A stretch of 64,000 nucleotides of DNA from Anthoceros angustus (Eukaryota > Plantae > Anthocerotophyta): NCBI GenBank assembly GCA_010909165.1, contig MU008206.1, positions 310,001 to 374,000 on the forward strand, written 5' to 3'. The position numbers were made by a program, and so were the translations under genes. Under the pieces are notes generated by a model, which worked only from the letters and a program-made list of their open reading frames with translations, had not been told where the DNA came from and ran no database searches. Of this stretch, positions 25,665 to 39,454 are shown in pieces. Numbering within the stretch: the stretch's first letter is position 1; every line of letters starts with the position of its first letter.

Positions 25665-28600
25665 TTACACATGTTTGAGGAAAACAGGAAGCCCGTGCCG
25701 CAATTCTACTAAACACGCAAGAATGCGCTCCATTTGACGTTCAACTGGGAGCCCGATCAGTCCTTGGAGCTGCACACAGACACGCAGCCATGCACATTTC
25801 AGTGGCCGCTGATGAGAGGGCCAGCATAGAGCCAACGCCACAATGCACTGCATGCTCACCTCTATCACTCCAGCCTCAAAACCAAGTGATGATCGCATGG
25901 AATCGAGCTCCATGGCGTTGGCTAGCGTTTCATATGCCTCCTCCTCCATGGCAGTTTCCATCAGGATACTCTTCCCACGGGCTCGGATCCGGTGTATTCC
26001 TAGGTCAGCAGCTATTCTTCTAATGTACAGAGATTTCAGGAAGACCTACAATGCAGCACACACGGGGTAAGTTTTGAAGGCAGGGGGACATAACTCTGAA
26101 AATCAGGTCATGTCACGTACCTCTGTAGAAGCTGGCTCTTTGCCATACTCGTCCCTAAGCCTATTTGTAAACAGCATGAGACTTCGGACTCCCTCTCTGG
26201 CTGCCTTCTCCCCATCCCGCATCACTTTCTCTCTGAGAGATGCGGGTACGTAGTCTCCAGATATATGGAAGTTGGCGTCCAACTCGAGCTGTGACAACCC
26301 AGCGGCTAATGTTATTGCTTCCATCAACTTGACCTGGTAAGTAACTGATCCACTACCATAATGCAATGACTCAATGCTCACCTGAACATCTTCGTAATCC
26401 ACCCGAGGCAACTGCTGATTATCAATCTGCAGAGCACGCGACAAGATTCAGTGACTCATCTCACATGTCGAAAAGTGAAACTTTTCACATGAACCTTTTT
26501 CTAACATCTTCCTTACCTTAGCCAGACCTTCAAACAGCATCTCGAGGTACAAGTCTACACCGATCTTTGCCACGTCACCACTTTGTTTTTCACCAAAAAT
26601 GCTCCCAATGCCTCTGATGGCCATGTCTCGTTCTGCAAGTTGAAAACCTTGTCCCAGCTCACAGCATTCCTCGACAGCAACCAGCCGTTCCTGCATTCCA
26701 CCCAAGGGTATACCCATTGATCACATAGTCTGGGGATATAGACTTCCAACAATCTGATTAACACAAACCAACCCATCTAACAGGTGCACTTTGATCAGTT
26801 ACTTACAATGGCCTCATCAGAAAGCATCTCCTTTGGAGGATGAAGTAAATAAGCATGTGCTTCTCGATCTGCCCTTCCAACTCTACCGCGAAGCTGAATA
26901 CACATTTTATCAGTGCGGGTCTGTCAGTTCTCAGCACAATGGTGCGAATGATAACCAGGATCAAGATCCCGATTTTTAGAAAACAGTACCTGATACAGTT
27001 GTGAAAGGCCAAAGAGATGCACATCTTCAATAATAATAGTATTCACGTCTCTAATGTCAAGACCACTTTCAATTATTGTGGTACAGAGAAGAATTTTTGA
27101 CTCTCCGTCGGCAAAGCTCTCCATTGAATCTTCCAGATTCGCTGCACTTTGCTGTTATCAAACAACGCAGGAACATTACGTTACTGAAGGTCCAGTGCAC
27201 AAAACAACCTAACAGTCACCAACTGAGGTGAAACACAGACTACCTGGCCATGAGCGATAGCCACTGTTTCATCTGGAAATATCCTCTCAAGCTCCACTCT
27301 AGTCTCGTCAATGTCTGCACAGACAGAAAATGTGTTGAAAATACTTAACTTACAATCAGCAGATGTGCAAAAAAGATCCAGCGAATCAGGACAATAGATC
27401 CATCAGCTACTGAATCACCCATACATTGAGAGAAATGTAGAGTGGACAGAAAGCAAACCTTTCACACGCGGTACAACATAGAACACTTGTCCACCCCGTT
27501 CTAGCTCAAACGATATAGCCTTTTTTACGAGTTCCAAGTTGTACTGCACCAAATGTGTAACAATTGGCCGTCTCTCTGGTGGTGGAGTTGTTATCAAACT
27601 GGAATGGATAGCAAGTAAGCAGCTGGGTCCTGACATTTGGGGATAAAATCACCATGCATACCTGCTCTTGTACGGTGGCAAGTAATCATCTCCTACTTCA
27701 CAAACCTTGGACTCCCAGCAATGAACTAGAGGACAAACCTGGCATCCTTGAAGCCACTAAGGGCTAGGTAGAGTGTCCGAGGTATTGGTGTTGCTGAGAG
27801 TGTGAGCACATCAACAGTTGTCTTCAAAGCTGTGATCTTCTCCTTTTGTCTCACTCCGAACCTCTAAAAGCCACAATGCAGTCACACAGAGGCTGAATAA
27901 TGATCCTGCTCAAGAAGTTTCAACCAGAAAAAACTAGCTCAATAAGCAGCAGTGCAGTGAGACCAAAAACAAAATCTGACTAGAATACTCTAACAAATGA
28001 CTTATCTAGAACAAAGGGTGATGTTTCTGTTGCTTGAGTTCTAAGTGCAATATACCTGCTCTTCATCTACTACAAGGAGCCCGAGGTTATTGTACCGGAC
28101 ATGGTTGCCAAGTAAAGAATGTGTGCCAACCACTACCCGCAAAGTACCATCCTGTATCCTTGCAAGAACTTCCTTCTTCTCTGCCTCTTTCTGAACCACA
28201 GACGAAAATCAAACCACCACCCGTCGACCCATTTCCTCACAAAGACTATTTGCATTGCATAGGCGAAGGGATTACCTGAAATCTAGTGAGAAGAGCTACT
28301 GTAACTTGTGGGTATGTGGCGAAGCGTTCCTTGATGACCGCAAAGTGCTGCTTGGCCAAGACGGTTGTAGGTGCCATAATCATTGTCTGACGGCCTGAGG
28401 CTACTGCCTGGAAGATAGCACGCAGAGCTACCTCTGTCTTACCAAATCCGACATCACCACATATGAGCCTGTCCATTGGGGTTTCCTGTTCAGTTAAATC
28501 TTTTTCAACATCTTTGAAGGCCTGCACAGAATTCACCACCCAGAATGTCTTCCAATGGTGAGAGTCATAAAATCTCTGACATTCCTCAAACTTACATCAC

Positions 28601-30347
28601 AACCTGGAGCAGGCTCTGGTAAACAAACTTTGGAAACACGTGATTTCTCTGTGGAGTGAAATAAAGCACCTGCAATTGGTCAGGTGTTGCTTGGTAGGGA
28701 AACTTTTCTGCAAATTGAGCCATGGCTGACGCAATTTTGGGATAGGGTGGTCTTTTCTGCTTTAACCGGTAGACATATAGCTCCATCATATTAACCACCA
28801 TCTTCTGGATGGCCATCTTCCCTTTCATTTTCCGTTTCTCCCAAAGACTTGTATCACTGAGTTTGCTCAAAGGTGGTGACCTCCCTATTTCACGAGGCCT
28901 GCAGTTGCAAGAAAGTTGGGTTCCTTCAGATGGTGGATCTAAAGCTGAGAGGAAAACTTCACAACCATTTCCAGGAGAGACGCTTACGAGTTGTATCGGT
29001 ACAATAGCCGGTGTGCTTGCTTGGCCCTAACCTTGGCTTTGCCGTCTGCATACTGCAGATAGACATACTTGGCCATCTTGTTTTTCCCTTCCACCATCTC
29101 GTACTTCATTCCAATGAAACGACCAACTCCCACTTTCTTGTGGACTATGTACTCATCTACCACCAGAGTCTCAGGGTCGACACCATGAAAGAAGTCTCCA
29201 TCATCACTCTTCCCATGTCCTTGACTTCTCAGTTTCTCACGAATGGCCTCCAATCCTCTTTTCCTCTGTTCCCGCAGCTTCCCCCTTAGGGCCTCAGCCT
29301 CCTCTCCACTGAGCGCATTGCCAGAAATCCCCAGAAAGCCTTCAGACTGACCTTCAAGCTGCTGGTGCAGTCGGCCAATTGCATCAAGTTGTATGCTAGT
29401 GGTGGAGGTACTCTCCCTGACTGTCCCTCGGGTGGATGACACCTGCGGGTTGCTGTCCTCTTTCGGTGAAGGAGGATTGGGCCTGGGACCCTCCTTCCCC
29501 ATTCTGCTGACGCCATCAGAGGCCTTGCTGGAAGAGCTTCCGGCAGAAGGAGAAAGCCCAGCTCTACTCGTTTGGTGTACCTTCTTCACCTGCCTGTCAG
29601 CTAAACCCCTGGACGAGGGGTTCTCCTTGAACGCCCCGTCAGCATTTCTAATCACGTTGCCATAAGATTCTACTCCTCTAGGGGCAGCAGCCTTGCTGCG
29701 CAGATAGGAATCCGTTCCTTGCATTCTGTAGCCATCGAATGGAGCATCCTTCCCTCTGCGGGGAGCAGAGCGTCGAGGCCTGGAGTCCCATTTCACATCA
29801 AACGGCTGCTGATCCCCATCTTCCAAAGGCTCCACAGACAACTGGGACAACGCTCGTGCCACCTTTTTGGGAAGCCTACCACGAGTCGGCGTGAGGCAGC
29901 TCTGCAAAGCTGAATGCCCGACACCGTCAGGAAGCAGCTGCAGAGCGACATCTCTGACAGGAGAGATGGAAAGATGACACGACATTGAAGTGCTGCCCAT
30001 TTTCCCAGGAAAATCTGCGCAAACACAATCCAAATCAATCACCCACCACCACAACCAGAAGAGACAATTCAGCTCCAACGCACCGCCGAAAGCACAAGCC
30101 GTCGAATTGGCCAATACAGAATCATACCTTGGGCAAGCCCAGGGACATTCCAATTCCGCTTCTGCGACGAGGCAGCTGCCAAGAAGTCAGTGCGAAGCGC
30201 AACCTTGCCACCCCCACAGCCAACCCTCGCGTGTGGACATTCCAGCTCGCAGTGCAGCATCCTGTCCTTGATATCCACGGCCAAAGGGGCAACCGTGCCG
30301 TACCCGAAGCTGAGCCTGGCGGACCCGCCGAGCCCTGGGCCTGGCAT
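25665..30347 (-). CDS. Plastid MFD/transcription-repair-coupling-factor-like ATP-dependent DNA helicase (At3g02060-like), multi-exon
   Basis: CarD-like [38 protein letters not shown] (Walker A), [63 protein letters not shown]. Confidence 0.94.
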
Positions 30348-30902
30348 TGTAGCCGCTGGGCCAAATCAGGCAGCAAGACAAGGACCAGGCGTCCGGACTG
30401 CATGGATTGAGCAGCGAGCGCGCTGGGAGCGAGCCATTCGCGTCACCGAACGGCGGCCGCCACAAGAAATCAAAACGGGGAGCCCGGTGGCAGGGCAAGG
30501 AAATTCATGCGCATTACGATCCTGCAAAAATGGTGCCAACCGTTCATCCCTCATCCCATGCCTCCCCGTCCGAGTCTCGGGACCGCTGAGCTCCAATAAT
30601 CAGACCGCGAGCTCAGACAGACAAGAAGCAGGAATGTGGACCTGGACGATTGTCTCACTCCCACGCCGTCGATGGCGCAGGAGAAGAAGAAACCCTGGGC
30701 CAGGGTTCTAGTATCTGTGGGGCCCAGGCAGGGCAGATGTTTCCCTTGCTCTGATCCTCTCACATGCCTACATGCGTGCCCTGAAGAAGGATGTCAACAC
30801 CGGCCATGGAGTCTGTGGAAACTGGCTTCACCTCCGGATGGGAACGTTGCACGATGGCCAGCCAGGTTATGCAAGTGACGATTAACAAGACAGAGAGCAG
30901 TG

Positions 30903-33900
30903 TCATTTGCCTTTGAGTCCTTTAGGCGCCTTGCTGCCGCCTCCAGGAGGCGGCTTGGCCATGGAAGCCCTGGGAGCTGCCACGGGAGGAGGGGCCATGG
31001 GAGGAGGCTCTCGCATCGGGGGATCGTCCCGCAGGCCGCGGACGAGCTCGATCTCAGTGTTCCTTTGGTTCGCCGTACTGCGGGCAACGAAGAAGGAGGG
31101 GCGGACGGGGTGCGCGAGCTGCTGCGGCCTCCACACTGCGGCTTCGTACCTGGACAGGCTCTCCCTGCACGCAAAGGAAACAGGACACCGGGGTGAGCAG
31201 GCTGCCGGGGCTGGCATGCCACTTCCGAAGTTCTTTCCATTTCTCGCTCACCTTCCAAGGCGGGGCAGCCTGAGGAGCCTCTCGGCGACGGAGGTGCGCT
31301 TCAACGTCGGCAGCACGGGCATGTCCGCGGGAGGAGCCAGAGGCGCCACTCCCATGGAAGGTCTTCTGTCGCGGTCGTCGCGCTGCACTCAGCACACACG
31401 GCCGGCACCAAGAAGGTCTCAGTAAGTGAACGCGTCACGATGACTGCGCAGTAAGGGAGGGGACGTACCTGGGTTAACTGCGTGTTCACGATCTCATTCC
31501 ACACCACGCTCTGGGACTTGGGCAGCGGCCTCGGGGCTTCCTGTGGAGCGATCTGGTGCGGGACCAGCAGCCCGGTTGGAGCAGGCGGCTTGCCGCCTTG
31601 GAGGGGGACGGGCTGCTGCCTGCTGGGGGCAGCGGATGGCGCGGGCATGGCGGCAGGCTGGGACGGTCTCGGGGCCACCTCCACCTGCACGTGGCCTTCA
31701 GGGAGAGCTGGTATGGAGGCGCCCTCCATCTGCTTGTGCGCTGTGAAGGACTCTTCCACGGGGATGGCGGTTGGCGGGAAGTAGTTGGGAGGTTCGTATC
31801 CAGAAGGCATGTCCGTGCTTGTGAAGGTGGGCAGCTTCGCCTTGTCTTCGTTGAAGAGCGTGGCTTCGAACTCGCCGGAGCTGCATCATCAGCACACCCT
31901 TGGTGAGCCTTGCCATTCTTCCTCATCCCCTGCCTGCTGAGACTGCATTGGTGAAGCATACCTGTACTTGTACTCTGCATCTCTCGTCATGGAGGACTCG
32001 TACTCCTTGTCAGGATTGTATGGAATTCCGGTGAAGGTGTCATACGGGGTCTCAGCATTCGGCCTGTAGAAATCCAGCTCTGTGAATCATGACGCAGATT
32101 CCATGATTGTATCCTTTTCACGTGGCTGAGGAGTTGCTCACCTTCTCACTATACCCCTGCCCCGCGGCTTCACCACTTCCAGCACATGTTGGCCTTGTCC
32201 AATGCAAGTGAGCTCTACAGGATGCCCTATTTCTTCACCCAGCCTTCTTGGCATGGGCAGCTCAAATCTGACCGTAGGCAGCATCACCCAGCCAGTCAGT
32301 CCCTACGCACACAAATTCCATGCCCAAAACTTTATCTCACCAGTGACTAAAGGAATCATACCCGTCGACGTGTCTACAATTCTTCGCAAATTCCCGATAG
32401 CTGAAACATGAATAGCCAATTCACGGGATCAGACATAGCTGTACAGCTTTCTGTAGCATCCAATTTTTCACACCACAACGACTCAAGGGCTAGCAGTACG
32501 ATCAGGCAAGGCGTTGGTTAGTGCTGCCTACTGGACTTTTCCAGTGTGCTCCTTGTCAGCAAAGTTCAGCAACTTATTGAAGTCCACGTCATTAAAGTCT
32601 AGGCCGAACTCACTTAAGCCTTTTCGGAAACGATCGTAGCTCACCTACCACCATAAATAGATGCTTTAGGACCAGAGCCTGTTGTTAGTGACATCTGACG
32701 ACATCCCAGGCCCATCCAGGCACGGGCCTCACCAAATCTGTGTAGTGGGGATCGAATCGGCTGTAGTATACAGGAAGGTGTTCAGACTTCCAGTAAACCT
32801 GACAGTCAGTCAAACACCAACACCAAAGTGCACAAACGTCAGTACTGGAAGGAAGAGAAACTGGACTACATATGCAGACTGATGCCATCAAAGTAAGCCA
32901 AGATTTCACGTACTTTCTGAAGAACCCTATCAAGGACAGGAGGAGGCCTAGCGTGTGGTTGCATCACTTTTCTCTTCAATCTGTCGAATCCTGCAGCGAA
33001 ACAACATGGGCAGCCTGTCAAATCCCCGAGATCGAGGTCCATGAACTGATTCGTACGTCAGTAAACCCTTACTCTCTTTCGCAAACTCGGGTCGCAAAGG
33101 ATGGTAAACTGGATCCACTGGATTAGCCTCTGTCCTGCGCCTGAACCCATGCATTTTTCGACCTATGTCCACATCTGAGATGTCAAGCGGGCCTTCTTGC
33201 TGCGGTTCCCATGCAGGTGTCTTTCTCCTGCGCAGTACAGGTGATGCCCTCCAGTCAGCACAAAACACGTTTCTGTTCAAAGTCTCCAGGGAACGACGCG
33301 GAAGAGAGGTTGAGCCTACTGATGGATATGTCCAGTGGAATGTAGAACTGTATAATTGGGATCCGATTCTATTTGCTTCATAGGATGCCTAACGGGTTTT
33401 GCATAAAGTGGTTCAGCTCTTGCACCAGGAATATCCGCTGTGCTCAATCCATCTGTGAACCTCTTCGAGAACACCTGAAATTCCAGTACCCAACATATTT
33501 ACTGGGCTGGCAGTACAAAGCATCAGAAGCACATTTTTCACCATGAGGCGTTGCCCAGTGACGCCCACATGATGCCTTGTCGTGTGCTTCGCCATGAGGT
33601 CTTGGGCACAAGGCATCATTTGGGCGCCACCGGCTGGAAACACCCTATGGCAAAACCCTCCCTTCTGCACTTATGAAATTTCGCACAACCATCCCTGGAG
33701 ACTCGAATTCAGCGCCTCACCCAATCAGGAGCAGACGGCATGGTACTTGGCCCGGATGCAAGCTTATAGTCAGGCGTTAAGGGATTGGTGTGCCTGGAAG
33801 TTAACATTTGCCGTGAGGGTTTCTTCTTCTTCTCCTCCACAGACAATCCCATCCACGGCTCCGGATACCATTTACTGTCTGGCTGCAGCCACACGCACAA

Positions 33901-34182
33901 ACATATCACCAAATCGAAGAAGCACAGAAAACACTGCGCAATCAGACCACACGTGGCAACCAAAAATGCGCAATGCTTTGAAAGTGAGCTGAGAGATAAA
34001 GAGAAGAAACGCATCCTCACCGCCGGTTCTTCATAGCCAGGAACGTAGGGAGGAGGCTGCGCTCCCTCGATGTCCCCGGTGATGAGATTCCTAGATATGC
34101 TTCCGGGCCCCATTTTGACGCACTCGGGGTAGGTCCCGAAGGGGGCTCGCTCCAGGACGAGGCCATAGTTCTCCCCTGGCAT
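30903..34182 (-). CDS. Multi-exon protein with DIxGA / RxxNPxxPxY repeats, an EF-hand pair and a Pro-rich C-terminus; probable flagellar/axonemal protein
   Basis: Hand-spliced exons: LITGDIEGAQP, TSRHTNPLTPDYKL, LSTADIPGARAEP, LDISDVD...RRTEANPVDPVY, the EF-hand pair RFDPHYTDLVSYDRFRKGL...LLNFADKEHTGKVHYREF, and a final exon ...NTEIELVRGL...KGK*. Some splice sites are uncertain. Confidence 0.65.
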
Positions 34183-36993
34183 CGCTGCTTTCCGCAGGAA
34201 GAAGAGGCCTCCACGCGCAGAAAGTTGGAAATTTGTGCAATCGCAAGCCGATCAATCAGCGATGGTCGGGAAGTCCGGTGTGAAGAATCTTTGCCGGGGC
34301 ACCCTGCCGGGCCCGAGTCCGCAGCGACGCCTGCGTGGGGACGCTCATCTTGCACAGCACCAAGACTGTCACATCAAAAGCCATGCCCCCAAGGTTCCGC
34401 AGACATGAGCAACCACGGCGACCGCAACCGCTGCCAGGCTGAGCGAGATTCCACGGTGGGCGTTGACACAAGGTTGCACGCACGCAGGACTGTGGAAATG
34501 CAGGGATGCAGGAACGCAGGAATTGAAAGGACGGGGCCGGCTGAACACCGTCTGTTCTCCCGCAACAATCTGTGCCTTCTGCACCCACCACCTGCTTTAA
34601 ACCACACTTCTAACAAATGTTACTTTTCTTATAAGTACATCTGCACTTGGTATAGGTAGTACATATCTACTTCTGAGGCATGTTGAAGATAAGATTATCT
34701 TGAGTTAGAGATCCCTAGGTGGATTTCATGGATTCTTTGGGGTTAGTGAGTGACAAGATACCAAGATATAATCAACAAACAGTTATTACTTATAAAATAT
34801 TATATATAATATTAATTTTTAAATAAATTAAATAAGTATGATATAATTCATTGATTGATTTATTTTATTTTTCTCAAAACTTCGATCAATAATATGACCT
34901 TCATACTCTACATGTTGTGAGAGATAATCCTCCTAGTCCTAAGTAGTGATAAAATAACAATCTCCTTCTACTCCTATTTGCTCCCCCTGTAATGTTCATA
35001 GGTTATTTTCCTCCTATTTCTATTTGCTCCTCCTCTAATGTTCATAGATAAACCTAGCATGGGAGAAAAAGTGATTAAATTGACCGCGACCCCAATCAAG
35101 CAAATTATCATAATTTTTCTCCTTAAAAGGCAAATACAAATCTGGGTCCTTGAACCTCTTTTGGAGAATTTGGTTTATAGCGGAGCATTCCACTTTATGC
35201 ATGCACAAGGTGAGAAGGGTTAATGAGGCTCTCAGTTCAACTAAAGTTAAAAATTGGACAATCTCATCTTTGCATCCTGCTTCAACATTATTTCCTGGAC
35301 AAAACAAAACAGGGAAGACATAAGCCAAGGCGAAGGAGCACCGGATCTAGTCTTTTTGCTGCTCAGACATGTGCAAAGTCATCACCTAGTAAAATCTCGT
35401 CCACCCGCTCTTTCACTTCAATGCATGCGGTTAGCATGTTTTCATAGTCATCGATGTTTAACACATCTCACACCCAATCTTTGACGTTGTCATCAGTTTC
35501 AACCTTGATAGCCTTCTTAATCCTCTCTTGTACTCGAAAAGGATCATAGAGGCCTCCGCTGTCAAAATTAGCTAATAAGGTTGGTTCAACCGCAGGTTGG
35601 TGCAACCTCGTGCTCATGCACTCGAAAAGGATCATTCTTGTCATGAGTCGTTGTGGAACTAGTTTACTATCATTCAGCCATTGCTTCCTTATTTCTTAAT
35701 TAGATATTTGTGTAATTGGCGTCTTGGCATCGTACCTGTACGCATGTGTATGGTATGGAAATAGGTCATAGCCACAAGCTTCATGTGCGCGCGGCAAGCA
35801 CCAGGCGAGGAAAATAGCTGTGCAACGGAAGACGAGGACGACGCGACGCTGAGCCTGCCTTGAAGAGGCTGAGCTTTATCTTGTACAACCAGCCGTTGCT
35901 AATTTGGGTCTGAAGGCAATAAACGCGGTGTGTTGTCTGTGCAGTATGTATATGTGATGGATTGCTAACCCTTTTTAAGCCGGCTCATGACGGCAGCTGA
36001 GCGTGGTGTGAATATTGCAGTGCTGGCAGTCAGATCGAAGTTGTTCTACCAGCAACAGCTGATGGCATCTAGTGCTCAGTCTAGAGCGTACCATAATCAG
36101 AGGTGACCATGGCTGCATATTTCAAAGTGAAGGGCAGCTAGTTGTGTGGTAGCGCTGCATGAGTGTGGATGCTGCAGCTGTGATGTGAGGGCGGTGATCA
36201 GATTGGATTCACGATAGAGAATATGCGCAAGGTTGCTGAACTCAGCAGGTCTCCGAGCTGAGTGAGTGTGAACTTTCTGATTTATGGTTGAAACAAGGTA
36301 ATATTTGAAGTGGCTCAATATACATGAAGCAGCTTTTAGGGTACACATATGCGAAACCGGCTTTTTTATGAGCTCCAAAATGGCGTCTAAACCTTTATAG
36401 TCATGCAAAGTGGTCAAAAATTAGGGTCTTGATCTCGGATCTAAGAGTATACCTTTGTGTTTTATGATTCAGCTATGGTCATTGACTTATGGATTCCAGT
36501 GTTTTTCCCATAAACAATACCCATACCGCACTCCATGCGTGCGGGTGAAGGAAGGTCAAATACGCTATATTTCATAATATAAGTATAGATGCATCGAACC
36601 AACCATCTCCAACCTTGTCAACCCAGCTACCTCCGAGTGTTTGTCCTGGCTATGTTACTTGAGATTTTTTCTAATTATTAGCCTTAACTGGTTTTACGTG
36701 CAGGCCTGCGGTTGGGGCGCCGGCATGTTCCAAACCATGAGCAAATACAAACACCCGCGTCAATGTCGTGACCAAAGCATGTTTGCTATCCAACATACTA
36801 GTTTACTGGAAACCCTTACTGGTAACTATATACCGTGATCATTGACATGAACATCCATCCACACGGGGTTAAGCAAAAATTGAATATTGTATATTTCATA
36901 TGTCCGTTGATACATGCCGGCACCCCTAGCCTATGGGGACACGAACATATATGATCCTGGTCAAGAGACCCCCACGACAATGACACCGCATGA

Positions 36994-37596
36994 TCACTCC
37001 TCGCCAGACTCTAAACCTTCTCTATTGACTTGCATCGCATCGTCACCATCATCATCGCTATCATCTTGTACATCAAGAGCGCAGGGTTGCAGATGGGGAC
37101 GAAGGGCACTCAACTTCTCCCTGATTGCGTTCTTATCTGCTGCATATAGATGTTTCCTCGAGTTCAACTTGAACCCATAATAGACGATAACGATTTTGCG
37201 AACGAAGACCGTCTGGATGTTAGGAGGTCTTGAGACTTTACCATCTTTACTTTTTGATGGTGGTGCTTTGTCGTCATCTGTTCCGAAGACGTATTCTCCC
37301 ATATACTTCCCCTCGTAAGTATCTGTGTGCTCTGTTCTCCACCAATGTAGATGCAAATAAGGGTCAGCGGAATTTAGGTGGACACTTATAAACTTTGCAA
37401 TCCAAAATGGCTGGTTGTGAGTGCTCCTCTCGCAAGGAGTTATGAGAAACATGCCCTTTTGAATCTCCATGTATCCCCATTCATCCTTTCTACCTCCTCT
37501 TGACGTCGTTCTGTACTCTGGTGACCTCCCGAATACATGTCTCTCCGTGGTACTTCTCGGAGTAATGCTCCGTTCAGAATTGCTTCTTCGGGTACC
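36994..37596 (-). pseudogene. Orphan terminal exon, probably of a transposon-associated gene (PFWIAK...HWW, acidic tail)
   Basis: A CAG acceptor at ~37597 is followed by an open frame to the stop at 36994: KGMFLITPC...QPFWIAKFISV...YLHLHWW...YYGFKLNSRKHL. No upstream exons were recognised. Confidence 0.4.
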
Positions 37597-38034
37597 TGTG
37601 ACTCAAAATGAGAATAGAGAGACTATAACTTAGATTATGTATATTGCGTATCGTAAGTGTACAAGGTTGATGCTCCTGAGAGCATAGGGAAGAAGTCTCA
37701 CGAAGAGACACGACTGTTCATATGAGGCATGACTTTCTGAATTCCCAATCTCACGGTGTGCTTATCTACATGAGTTCACACATGCTCACACACCCCCTTA
37801 AAGCGCAAACGGGGAGATTGGGAAATCACGAATGATCTGAAAGTCCCAATGCAGAGGTGAAGTGCGAATGCTTGATCTTGGCCAGTGGCTTGGTCAATAT
37901 GTCTGCCACTTGCTGCTCCGTAGGCACATAGCACTACAACAATGCAGCTGGCAATAAGACGCAATAGCATTGACATCCCGGCCCACGTCTTTCTCGTATA
38001 GTTTCAGTATGACCCCTACTAGAAATGGGCACCC

Positions 38035-38285
38035 TATGTTACACTTTATGTTAAGATTTTGACCCCTGGATGTAACACTCATGTTGCAATTTTGGGGTCA
38101 TGTAATACTTTTTGAGCCCCTTGTTACACTTTGGCTTGGAAACCATACCACGGCTGTTGTTGCAATCATGTTGCAATGGTGTTGCAATTATGTTAAGATG
38201 AACTGAGAGGTGGTTTTGCCCTCTCTCAAAATTGCAACATGATTGCAACATCTAAAGTGTTACAAGAGAGGTCTTGTAACACTTT
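38035..38285. repeat. Dense cluster of short TGTTGCAA/TTGCAACA and GTTACAC/GTAACAC motifs in both orientations
   Basis: TGTTGCAAT at ~38082, 38159, 38169, 38180; TTGCAACAT at ~38232, 38243; GTTACAC/GTAACAC at ~38038, 38072, 38123, 38276. Confidence 0.6.
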
Positions 38286-39454
38286 TGGAAGCTTGGTACC
38301 GAACCTCCTCCCCATCCACCATTCCTTTTACTTTTGCCCTTTGAAATACCACGTTTTACTTGGTAGTTACCACCAATACGCCTTCAATACGACCATATAT
38401 AAAATACCGTATCAATACATCCTTATACTATGCATGTAGTCTACTGATAAATGTACTATATTATTCTAAGTGCTATCTGGCGTATTCAATTTCATATAAA
38501 ATAAGTTTGTATATTATCGTGTACATACGTACATATATTCATGATACGATACTTTGTATTTACTATACGTGTAAATAGCGGCGCCCTTTATACCCCTACT
38601 TTATAGCATGCATGCGGTTTGTCCTTCCACGTCACCAATAGCCAGGCTTCCGCCATGGCGCCCAAGAAGATGTTGTCCCCACCTATCACCTTATTGTGAC
38701 GCATCACCGTGAGGTTATGCCCCTACAAGATTGTGCGGAGGAGATTTGGTATGCCGGCTTATGCTTTTACGCCTCCATGTAAGGCACTTCCTACTCGTCA
38801 TCGTATGCACCTCGAAACTTCCGCCCTCCGTTCGATTCGCAATTTTCTTCTTCCCCTCACTTGCGTTGGGCAAGCTTTGCCACTTCCACCGCTTCCCTCC
38901 CTGCCTTCTGCAGGCACACGTTGCACATACAAACCAGCATGGCCATCATGAGTTATCCAGCGTTAATGGGTTTCCACCAAGCGACCATTTGCCTTACCTT
39001 CCCTCCGGTCCCTCCTCTTTTCTTACGCCCTTCTTGCTGGACATTTTCCTCTTAGTCCTCCTTCTTACATGCGGCGTGCCCTTGTCACTCGCCCACCGGC
39101 TGCCTCTACTCCTCCTCCCATTTTCCTCTTTCGCCTCCACCCTTTATCGCGGTGGCGTTGCCTCAACTGGGCTCCACTATGTGTCCATGCTCTCAAGATC
39201 CGAGGCTGCAAGATATGTGTCCGCACGAAATTAGGCACATCGCCCTCTTCAAGACCGCCTCCTGCCATGTTATCTCGCAGCTGCCCCCCACGCCCCGCCC
39301 CTCGGCCTCCATCTGCATTGGCCTTTGCCGATATCAAAGGCACCGCATGATGCCCTCTTAGTCCTCCTTCATTCTCTCTCCCCTCGACATCCGCCTCATG
39401 CTAGTTACGCGCCTTTTGCCCCCGCCCACCATGGCCGCTGGGTGATCCACCGTC

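Noticed and set aside
35035-35480. Coding-like minus-strand fragments
   Set aside because: Short, interrupted and with no recognisable motif; a gene call cannot be supported.
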